The notes under the pieces are model-generated. The model worked only from the letters and a program-made list of their open reading frames with translations, was not told where the DNA came from and searched no databases. A stretch of 64,000 nucleotides of DNA, taken from NCBI GenBank assembly GCA_040954595.2, contig CM082582.2, positions 11,461,483-11,525,482 of the forward strand, given 5' to 3'. The stretch's first letter is position 1, and each line of letters opens with the position of its first letter. The stretch is from Balanoglossus misakiensis (lineage: Eukaryota > Animalia > Hemichordata). Shown here piece after piece: positions 53,086-63,982 of the stretch. The position numbers and the translations under genes were made by a program.

Positions 53086-54266
53086 ATGTATGGTTCACCG
53101 GTATTACCACTCCTGGCGATATTACTTCACTTAACACAACCAACAATCGCAGAGACGTATTCCGGTCAGTCAAGCTTGCGTTTTCTTGTTTTATCTTTTA
53201 TATTATCTTGTATTATTTTTTGCCTGTGCTGGTTCATGCCGGACTCCACAACTGGCTGTTAGAATTATTAGAGGACGCCATTTACGTGCATTTTACCGTA
53301 CGTGAAGCGTCGTAAATGACGTATCGATTCTTTGCAGTTTGTAGCGATGCCTCAGCTGACGGGTACGGCGGGATAATCCAGTCGCACGACACGTATCCAA
53401 GCTACTACTCCCTAGGTTTGACGTGTTCGCTGACCATCTCCACACAGGGAGGATACGACCGGATCTATTTGAAGTTCACCGCCGTCGATCTGTACGACAC
53501 AAACGCCATTGGTTAGTTAAATTACACTGAATTTTACACTCTGAATCAAAATTTGAGTAGATATGTGGAAAAAGATATGATTTATTTTTTGAAAGACGAC
53601 AGCAAGTTGACTGTGGCGTTCAAAAGGCCACGTTCACTGGCCCGGATGTTTCCTATTCGGAGCCATGCATTGACGGTACACTCACATCGAGGTGCTGCAT
53701 GTAGTTTATAATAAAGCACGTGTTGCCACATCACGTGACTATACCCTGTCCACCTTTTGCAGCGTGCTTCGGCTCTGATTACGTCACAGTGTTTGGTCTC
53801 CCCAGTGTTGCGCGAATTCTCTGCGGAAGTGACGATGTCGGCGTCATCCCGATCGACGTCAATACCACCTCTGTTCAAGTAAACTTCAAAACCAATGCCG
53901 GTCACTCGGAAACATTTACCGGATTCACGGCAGTTTACGCCTTGTATTATATACCGGACGGTAAGTTCTTAAAACACTCAACACGTGCGAACCTGGTAAC
54001 ATGTTACTCAGTGTAGTTACATGTATAATGTAAATTCAAATATAGATATTCAAGTTCCTTTGATAACTAAAAGAAAGTGTTTATTGGTCTCCAATCACAC
54101 AGGCGAATGCAACAGTGTCGACTTCGCTTGCTCAAATGGCAGGTGCATACACGCTGACTTGCAATGTGACGGTGCGGACCATTGCAGCGATAACTCCGAT
54201 GAATCGGGGTGTCCTAGTTCCGGTGAGTTTGTAATGGAAAAGTGCGACTCGGATGATGATGATGAC

Positions 54267-54315
<49 letters not shown>

Positions 54316-55074
54316 GTGGTGGCTCAGGCTTCTAATTCACAATTCGTGTTTTTCTCTTTCCATTGACATTCTATCATGTTGCTTTTGTTTTTTATCAGTC
54401 ACCCTGGACACAGCTACGATAGCTGGAATTGCCGCTGGTGGCGCTGTGCTGTTGTTGATCATAATCATATGCGTGTGCTGCTGTTGTTGTAAGAAGAAGA
54501 CTGCTACAGAGCCGACACCGACCTACAAACATACCCCAACAACAAGAACACATGATACCAAGATGGAGACAGTCACCACAGCCGCAACGGGGTATAGCAC
54601 TGTTTTTTTTTCTTCGCAAGATTTCTTCAATAATTATGTACAGAGTCCAACAAACAGCGCAATGGCCTCTGGTAAAAGGAGCAAGCAAGCAAGCATGCAT
54701 TTCATAACATTTCGAAACGAGTAAGCTCTTCCCGACGACAGAATTTTCATAATTGGTGTAATATCACATCATACATGGTTACTATGTCAATTAGCCTAAG
54801 TAGTATGAGACCCGGTCGACACCTTTCCCCAACTACTGCCACATAAGAAATTTTATCTCGTCAAAAAAGCGATTTTTAGGACTGTAGCATTCTCAATGTA
54901 GCATTATCGGCCATCTTTTTTGTCCCTCACAGACCACCTCTCGATCCAACCAAACAGTTTGTTACTTACGAGAACACGAAGAACACCAAAGTGACGTCAC
55001 AGATGGAAGGAAAGGGCGGCTATGGACAATACTATGATCCACTGGCAGATTCACCGCCTGAAGTTGACTCATGA
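53086..55074 (+). CDS. R10: SP - divergent CUB only - LDLa - TM - Cys string - Tyr-motif tail (~301 aa)
   Basis: Exons 53086-53164, 53338-53511, 53763-53960, 54103-54222, 54399-54591, 54933-55074, in phase. SP MYGSPVLPLLAILLHLTQPTIA; LDLa CNSVDFACSNGRCIHADLQCDGADHCSDNSDESGC; ICVCCCCCKKK; tail DPTKQFVTYENT..GQYYDP. Confidence 0.87.
54252..54314. repeat. (GAT)n microsatellite in an R10 intron
   Basis: Directly visible, 30 bp after the LDLa exon donor. Confidence 0.95.
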
Positions 55075-55701
55075 ATATTCATGGTATTGGGCATTGCTGA
55101 GACCACTCGCATGGTGTTCTCTCACAGAGAAAAGGAAAGCATAGATATAGTACTAGTTTATCCATACAGGGTTTCAAAGAATTGTTTAATACTAGTATAC
55201 GAGAGGTCACGTGCTTTGGAGAAAAATGGCGAATCGAATTCACTTGCATCGTTTTCTCAACCCGGATTCGTTCACTTCAATGACTCGCTCACAAATAAAC
55301 TTCCTCCTTCTCAGCTGACGAAATTTCTGGCACACCGGTAGGTTATTGTTGCCGTAAACGGCGCATCTGTATTATATGTGTACATAATGATTTTATAGCA
55401 AAGCCAAGCGCTTGTATATTTTACGGCTAGCCACACAATACAAGTCAAATGCCAGTGGTGGCATAGAACAGCAATTTGAATGTTAGTTTAAATAGCAAAT
55501 AGAATCGGACTCTTAGGACACGGATACACATTAGTCCGGCTGATTTTTGTAAATAAATTGTAATGCGATATACTTGTGTCAAATATCTCTCTTGCATAGG
55601 ATGCGTTCTTTTTGTGTTTGTATGTCTGTTGTTGTTGTTGTGAGTGATATCAAACACAGATTGGGTAACACCTGTGATCCACGAATACCCGGGTATTGGA
55701 C

Positions 55702-56319
55702 AGCCAATCACAAGCTTCACAAAATACACGTGGTGAGTGACACATTTCGATTGGATAGTTGTCAACCAGCGCAGTTGGCAGATGGTCAGTGAGGTGACCA
55801 CGTTGCCATCATTCGGAACTCGATATTTGACGTACCAACACCTCGGCTGAAAGTAGGACGAGAACTGCCTATATTTTTACCCAGAGTAATTTCCGACACC
55901 CAATTGAAGTGAAGGTCATGACTGTGATGATACATGGACTGGATTTTTCCAAGGTTATGGTGTCCTTACTGAAGAAAATGTGCCTAAACCATGGGTCATG
56001 GAAAGTGACTTGACGAAGGGTGCCCTTTCTCCTGGCCTGCAGGCCCCATTTCGCACAACCTCTTCTGTAAGTAAACCTTTCTGTCTTTTGTTCTCGAGCC
56101 TTGTAAATTTACAGGTTTTCTATCGATTAGGAATTTTCCGTTTTGTGTCTGCAAGGTACATGTAATTCAAAAAACTCTTGTACGTCGAAAAGACTCCGAA
56201 ACTTTCAGGCGCACTCGTGCGGGAGGTAGAAATGAAACCTTGAGCAAAGGTCAAGCTTGGCGCAGATAGTGTGTACACCTGGAACCAGTTCTTTCCAGAG
56301 GAGGCAGCATTTATTTCAA
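55702..56319 (+). repeat. Unclassified dispersed repeat, copy 2 (between R10 and R11)
   Basis: Same shared blocks and same orientation as 14401-15003. Confidence 0.8.
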
Positions 56320-57019
56320 GCTGAACAATGACTCGTTTGCGTTGTTTTGCATTGTACCTTCTATCAAATGTCATCTTGTGTGTAGGGCCTATGTGTCGGG
56401 GATCCGTGTAAGTCACGGAACGGTAGTTTGCATTAAAAAATAGCAGCTCTTTGTGTGCAACTTTAAGAGCCAGCGTACACACAAGAGCTATTCAGGACTG
56501 CGCCAGATGTCTTGACCTTTTTTTATTTATCCAATACAACACAAAGCCCGGTACCGTACGTCAATATGGTCGCCAACGATACGAAAAAACAGACCCACTG
56601 AGCGAATGGTCATGATACCAACTTCCTCTTTCATACTGACTGTAATATCGTCTTCCTTGGCTGTACCATAACTGCCCAAACTATCGATTCATCTGTGAGT
56701 ATTGTTTCATGTTAATTCCCGGTATTTAGTTTCCTTTAGACCTGCAGATTTTAACGAATTGCAGTTTTAAACTTAGTGTAGATGTGGAACTTCGCCGTTT
56801 AGAGCGTACATATACTTTTGGGGCCGATACCTGCACCAGGAAGTAATGTTGACTACTTGCAATTTTTAAAGCCATTTTCGCGTCTGCTTGCTGCATGTGC
56901 CGTCTTTTTCCGGTGACATAAACCATTTGAACTTCGGACACGTTCACATTATTAACTTGCCAGATACGCTGCGAGCTTCACAAGTGTACAATATCGACAG
57001 TTGCTGGCCAAATTCCACT

Positions 57020-60000
57020 ATGTCCGCCAAGCTTCTGCATATGTTTGGATTAATCGCGCTGTTGGTAATTATTGCCCAAACAACAACTGGAAAAGCCGCA
57101 GGCGATGCACACGTTGGTCAAACTATGGGTGAGTAATTTGTTAAGTCTGTTAGGGTGACCGTCATTAATCATGTTTCAAATGGTGTATTGCTAAACGTTC
57201 AATTTCCCCTGTGGTGGGAATTGCTTAAGAGTTCTTAAGAATTAACCCTGATATTGTTCTCTTTACATTTAATAAAAAGACTGATAGATTTGTCACCATC
57301 AACTTGAGGCCAATGTCAAGGGATTTCCGCATTGGCCTCGCTATGAGTTCAAATTCATGATGGCTGCATTAGGGCGCTAGAGTTATGAAAATGGTGTATT
57401 GGCAACAATATAATGCTCCAATTCATTTACCTTTATACCAATTTAACCCCCCTGCCCCTACATGCAAATAACCGTGTGTTGTATTTTCCATCAGAAAAGA
57501 GAGCACTGGGAGATTGTGGCAGAACATTCTCAGAAGACTCCGGTCAATTCTCGTCACCAGGATATCCTGGTCACTACAAAAACAAAGATGAATGCATCAA
57601 TGTTATATTCATACCCAAGACTGGCGTGTTGATTGTGGTAAGAAAATAACCATTTAGTGACAATCGACATTTTGGCTGTAGCACGAATGCTCACCACAAC
57701 TGAGGCTATGAACTTCCGTTAGTTAAACATGACAGAAATCCGCCATCTTGAAATTGTGTCAAACATGTGAGATTTTTATCGCTGAACTTAGGTGGAGAAA
57801 TATACTTGCCGTTCGCTTACCCTTCATAAATAATGTTTTCGTCAGTTATAACAATAGTTGTATTCTTCTATCACACAATATATCCTCAAATATCAAAAAC
57901 ATGATGTGACGTTTACCGCATTATCTAATTACGCAGCTGGACTTTGTCACCTTTGACACGGAACGCGGTTACGATGTCGTCAAAGTGGAGACACTTACTG
58001 ATTCGGTGATTGGAGAGTTCTCCGGTTCGTCAGTCCCGCCTACAATATGGGCCAGAGAAATCGTTCTGATTGTCACTTTCACATCGGACTTTTCCGTGAC
58101 CCGTCCAGGGTTTCTCGTCAATTACGCAGCGCATTCGGACTCGAATCAAAATGGCAGTCGTACCATCATCGAAGATCATGGTAGTTTGTCATGGCGAGAT
58201 TGGAACGTCTATGGAACCGACGATTATTATCTCATGATAATAGTGTCAGCGGGCTATAAAGTACAGGTAAAGTTTTTTAATGTATGGACGCTCATGTTTA
58301 CACTTAATTCTGTCTAAATTCCAGTTTTGCCAGAATTCATATAGTTACATTTAATAGCAAATTTTCTTGTTAGACACCTTTATTAAGAAACTTTTACTGA
58401 GGCCAATTGAAACATGCCAAATTTCAGTACGCCGCTGCATAGTTAATTTGGATTCGCGCATCGTAAAGTGGAAGCATTTCTACGTTTAAGTCCAGTGTGG
58501 AATGACTATTCAAACGTGAATGCTGCAGTGCGAATTCTTATTATTTTCCTCGCGACCTTTGAACCCATAAAATTCAAGATGGCGTCCATAACACTATCTT
58601 AATAATGTATGAATGTCATGTGATGCATTTTTAGGTAAATATGGACATTCCTTGCTGCGATACATTTTTAATTGAAGGATTCGACGGTGTAAATAAATCT
58701 TATCCATTACTGAACGCCGTTCGCATCGATTATGGAAAGATTAGAATCACATCAAAAGGGAGGAGTCTGTACGTCCATCTATATCAAAGGAATACTGGTG
58801 CATCTAGAGTATACGTGATTTACAACGCAGTTTATGGATATTATGGTAAAATTTCATTCTTGCAGTTGTCACAAATAAATAACGAGACATTTGCTTTACA
58901 ACAGCGAAAAGGCATCGACTGAAATATCGTTTGCATTAAACCTTGGTCGTGGTAATGTTGACAGAACTTTCACTATTATGTTAATTAGATATTTACGGAG
59001 AAACACGTGTTGTGCCATGTACTGTTTTTGTACTAAGCAGTTGTCCAGTAAATAAGTCCATATTCTCTCTTACACCTGGCGCCCTTTGTCTTTTTACAGA
59101 TTCAAACCAAATCGTTCATTACATTCCCAGCTTGAGCACGTGGACCTATTCGGATGTGATCGCATCAACCTGGTGGAACACGGATAGTGGTGATGCAACT
59201 CCTCCAGCCACCACGGATAGCACATACGTCCCTGGGGATTGCGGTGGTAGCCTCTCTGGTGCCTCGGGTTCATTTGCCTCGCCCTCGTATGGCGGACTCT
59301 ACCCGAATGAGAAGGACTGCTATTACGTCATAACGGTCGCTAAAGGAAACACGATTGTGGTAAGATGAATACGATGTACTTAGAGATGGGTGATAGTTTA
59401 TTTGTTTTGCGTCTGTGTATGCTGATTGAGAACAAATCTTGTCAAAGTAGAAATTCGGATTGAAAATATAAAAGTATGCCTAGGCAACACATTGGATATC
59501 CAAGGCTGATTACAAAACAATTGCATTTTGCTCTACATTTCACAGCTTTGGTTCACCGAATTTGCCCTGGAGCTGTGCTGCGACTTTGTGGAAATCTTCG
59601 ATGGCGACTCGAAAACAGCTTCTACATCGCTGGGCAGATACTACGGCGGCGAAAGTGTACCCACCATTACATCGTCCGGTCATAGTCTTTTCATCCATTT
59701 CCATTCCGATCACTCAGTAAACGACTATGGATTCCGTGCTACATATAGTACTCCATCAACAGGTAAAATGACAGCAAGACATTTCTACAGACATACAAAA
59801 ATCTCCTTGTATGTATCAATTTTATAGTAAAATTGACTGTTGAGCTCATGTCATCAGCGAAAGTTAACCATTTTTGTCATCTTTTTTTCATGCTCAGACA
59901 ACTCCGCCGTCATAATCGCAGCAGTATTTGGAGTGTTAGTTCCTGTTTTGGTCATCGTGATTGCGGTCATTATTTTTGTATACTTCAAGAAGAAGTTGAC

Positions 60001-60521
60001 CAAACCACCAAAAGTCAGGGAAATTAGGCCCATGCCCACGCCTACGGTGATGACTATCGGCGGATCGACGTAAGATGACCAAAATTCCGAAATGTAAAAA
60101 GAATATGTGTTGTTGTTTGTTCCGTGATACATTTGAAAGTGTATGCACCGATACCAGATTTATTTTTTGGAATTTTCATTTGCCTCATGTCTGAATAGAA
60201 TTAACATGAACAAGTTTCACTAGATTTACTGATTGAATATTTTAAAATTTAACAAGATATTCATGAGTCTAATTAAACTTCCATTTTTGTGAATATTTTT
60301 TATTCAGACCTGATATACTTCACTCGGAGCATGATCTGCAATCTGAGTCCGCCGAGGAAGGCAGAAATAGAGAAGTGCAGTTGACAATAGAAAGTAGGCC
60401 GCCAAGTGAAGTCGTAGTATCTTCACTTCCGGGGGCACGTGAGGTCGTGGAATCTTCACTTCCGGGGGCAAGTGAGGTCTCGGAATCTTCACTTCCGGGT
60501 TCAAGTGACCACGTAGAATAA
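57020..60521 (+). CDS. R11: SP - CUB - atypical CUB - Trp/Thr linker - CUB - TM - Ser/Glu repeat tail; no LDLa (~551 aa)
   Basis: Exons 57020-57128, 57495-57637, 57937-58266, 58635-58845, 59100-59359, 59546-59762, 59898-60069, 60308-60521, in phase. SP MSAKLLHMFGLIALLVIIAQTTTG; TM VIIAAVFGVLVPVLVIVIAVIIFVYFKKK; last exon has three 33-bp repeats. Confidence 0.83.
60405..60508 (+). repeat. Coding 33-bp tandem repeat x3 (SEVVVSSLPGA / REVVESSLPGA / SEVSESSLPGS) in the R11 tail
   Basis: Core ATCTTCACTTCCGGG occurs three times at 33-bp spacing inside the last R11 exon. Confidence 0.85.
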
Positions 60522-61833
60522 CCCCTCGAAGAAATTTTTATGTGGAATAGTATACCGTGTAATATTTACCTTATACACCAGACTACATTGTCAGCTCTCC
60601 ACAAAAGCTAAAACTCTGATATATGGTAAAATGTGAATCTCTAATTTTAGTACAATGAGTGGAGTGACCGTGAATGACACAAACATTATAACCGGGAGAG
60701 CCATTGTCTCAAGTTTAAAATTCAAAATGGCCACCAATCACTACTCGTTAACTCTATGTAGAAAAATTGAAATGGTGATTTTGTGTGTGAAAGCAAGATA
60801 GCAGAAGCTGTTCCATCCCTCACCTTTGCCAACGGCTCGTCGGCCTTTCTCTTTATGCATGCTGTTGGGAAAGTTGATCGTTTGTCAGAAACACACTTTA
60901 TATGGACTTCGAATATAGCGATTCAGAATACATTCGTGTCCAACACGTCTTATGTATTCTGTAGACCAGGTGTTGGTGTAAAAATGGCATGTATTGAGCT
61001 TATCAACAAAGTATGTATGGGCTTGCAAATTGTATTATTGACTGTGGTGACAAGCTGAATGCCTAGAATATCAACATGATATAAGGAGTAGAACATGAAA
61101 CTGTAGGTGGCACACAGAACAAAAATACTTTAAAATGTTATCAAAAGTTACAGCCACTGTGCCTTTAAGGAAAATACTTATAAATTAGTGTTTCTTTGTT
61201 AAATAAAGCGCAAGTGAACCGATGCTGTGAGTTTTAAAAGAGAACACTGTCAAAAAAATCTTGATAAAAGCCGGAGGCATATTCTGTTTTGTCGTGCTGC
61301 ATGGTTGATCCCATTTAGGCCTACCAGGTATATGTATTGTTTTCCTTGCTACTGTGATGTCATAGTTGCTATAGGCACACTTACATCAACAATCCACCTG
61401 CCATACTTGTGTGAACGTTTCGATCGGCAGTTGCGCCAAGCGATTCTGGCGAACTCAAGATCTACTTTGGGGATTCTGTTACCAATCGAGTGACGGTGAA
61501 CTCTGTAAGTGTTGTGAAATCGCTCGTCAACTTGAACTCCACGCAGTTCTCCGCTTGGGAAAAGTTGCGTAGTTGTTCTATTTAACCTGCGTGGGGCTAT
61601 ACTCTATTAATGAATTCAGCTGTGAGAATAGTAATATAGAAATGTTAACTCCGTGTACCAGAAGTACATAGTTCAAATCGTATATATATATATACATAAT
61701 GGACCAAAGTTTGCACTTTAGATGCATGAAAAGGAAATCGCATTGTTAAAAACACATTGTAAATGAAACTTCATGTTTCAGACACGGAAACTAAAGCGCT
61801 CGTGCGTGCAAACGGTTCCCTGCAAGTTTCAAC

Positions 61834-63982
61834 ATGATTGTAAGACTGCTTTTGATGACAGCCTCCATTGCCTTCTTAAGTTTCTACCAAACAGAGATAA
61901 TAAATGGAAGAGCTTTAGCCGAAAACGACTATGGTGTCCACGATATTGGTAAGTTTGTATGAGAACATTCGATGGTTGTTTGCATGACTTTGGGGGAGAA
62001 GATGACGTGTATAAACACTCGTCACCAATGTTATGGATATTTACTGGGGACTGCTATTAATACACTGCAAAGCTATGATATTTGTCGCCCTTTTCCTCTG
62101 TCGAAAGTCTACGTCTCTGAGATTGATGACGTATGTACCCTTTCCTATGTAGAAAAGAGGGCGCTTGGAGACTGTGGCGGGACTTTCTACGTAGACTCCG
62201 GAGAGTTCTCCTCGCCGGGATACCCTGGTTACTATAACAACAAGCAGGAATGCATTTACGTCATTTTCATACCGAGGAATGACGCATTGATTGTGGTAAG
62301 ATATTGTTTTACCATCATTGCTTCGCTGTATCCTGACAAATATAGTCACCCAGTTTCAAGGTAATTGCACCACAATTATCGTGCATCTCATAAAATATTA
62401 TCAAAACTGTTCAATGAAGTTGTTTTCTTCTGAATGATTTTTTTTCAGTTAGACTTTGTCGCTTTCAATACTGAGCCAATGTACGATGTCGTCAGTGTAT
62501 ACGAAGGTCTTTCCTTGACTGGCACGCTGATCGGGGAGTACACTGGAATCTCGCCCCCGCCGAGAATATGGTCATCGGGGCACGTCCTAACCATCACCTT
62601 CACGTCGGACTTTTCGGCCACCCGTCCAGGGTTTCTCGCCAACTACACTGCGTTTTCGGAATCAAGTGAAATCGGAAACCGTACCATCATCTCCGACTTT
62701 GGAAGTTTTTCGTGGCGAGATTGGTACTACGGGAAGGACGACTGTTACCTGCTTATAATAGTGTCCAAAGACAAAGTACAGGTAAGAACATTTGAGATTG
62801 TAGACGTGTTCTTCGAATGTGCATATTACCGTACTGGAGTAGTTGTTGTTTCAAATCAAAGGACAGGTTATATAAAATAAGAGAATCGGTTGGAACAAAA
62901 ATCTGTTCGGTGATATCTTGTTTAATATGTTGACAGAATTTACTGACTTGAATGTTTCAATTAATAATGATGTCCAAATTATTGTCTTTCTCCTTTGTGT
63001 CCAATTCAATAGTTAGATATGGACATTCCTTGCTGCCGGTCGTTTTACATCGAAGCATTCGACGGGTTGTCTCAGTCAGATGTGTCGCTGAGTCGATTTT
63101 ACATTGATTATGGATGGGTTAGATTGACATCAAGCGGCAGGAGCATGTACGTCCATCTGTATCAAGCTGATAATGTTTCATCGAGCATAGGTGTGAGTTA
63201 CCGTACAGTTACGCAAGGTAAAATCCGAATTTCACGACAATAGGTCGCTGCAAATCGTTTCATCTGGTCCACACTTGTGCAACGTTACGAAATCTGATGT
63301 TTCTATAATGTGTAAGTCCATCATATCTTTCCAGGATCAACTCGGATCAATCACTACTATAATAATTACTGGACTTCAACATACGCAAGCAACTGGCGGG
63401 TGCCAACGACAACTGCATGGTACACTGAGCCGACTGATTGGTGGCGTTGGTGGTATCTCTCAACAGAAACATATCAATACGCCCTCGGCGACTGTGGCGG
63501 TAATTTCACCTCCGATGAAGGGTCATTCGCGTCTCCCTCATACCCCGGATATTACCCTGACCAACAGGATTGTTATTACGTCATAACAGTCTCTGATGGC
63601 AACACATTAGTGGTAAGATGTAGACATGACTATCCATGCGCTCAAAATTTCTCCGAATCTACGTACAAGTGCGCCTTTTCTGTTTAATGTAATCATATTT
63701 ACAACTCCTTAAAATGTCTATCAGTCATCTACAATCATTTCAACTGTGCCTGATATCTTCCGCAGCTCGAATTCATTGAATTTGACACCGAGGTATGTTG
63801 CGATTTTGTTGAGATCTTCGACGGCGAGGCCAAATTCTCCGCTTCGTCGTTGGGCAAATTTTACGGCTCCAAGATCGACTCGGAAATCAAATCATCGGCG
63901 CGAAGTCTCTTCGTTCACTTCCACTCGGATCACTCGAAGTATCACAGGGGATTTCTTGCCTCTTACAAATTGGAAACTCAAG
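61834..63982 (+). CDS. R12 (5' part; continues beyond the window): paralog of R11, SP - CUB - atypical CUB - Trp-rich linker - CUB
   Basis: Exons 61834-61948, 62153-62295, 62449-62781, 63013-63217, 63335-63612, 63766-63982; exon-for-exon match to R11 (EKRALGDCG, SWRDW, MDIPCC, CCDFVEIFDG). The last visible exon ends at a GC donor. Confidence 0.83.

Noticed and set aside
54223-54335. Poly-Asp extension after the R10 LDLa
   Set aside because: Lies after a strong GTGAGT donor at 54223; it is an intronic (GAT)n repeat.
57200-57330. NF-kB-like GGGATTTCC / AATTTCCCC sites suggesting immune induction
   Set aside because: Imperfect, not positionally conserved among paralogs, and expected by chance.
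60405-60508. 33-bp repeats as a possible CRISPR-like array
   Set aside because: Tandem units without unique spacers, in frame inside a eukaryotic exon, with no cas genes.
61150-61170. Kolobok-like TTAAAGG termini (also ~13605, 23903, 28037, 46726)
   Set aside because: No matching partner TIR could be paired with confidence for any of them.
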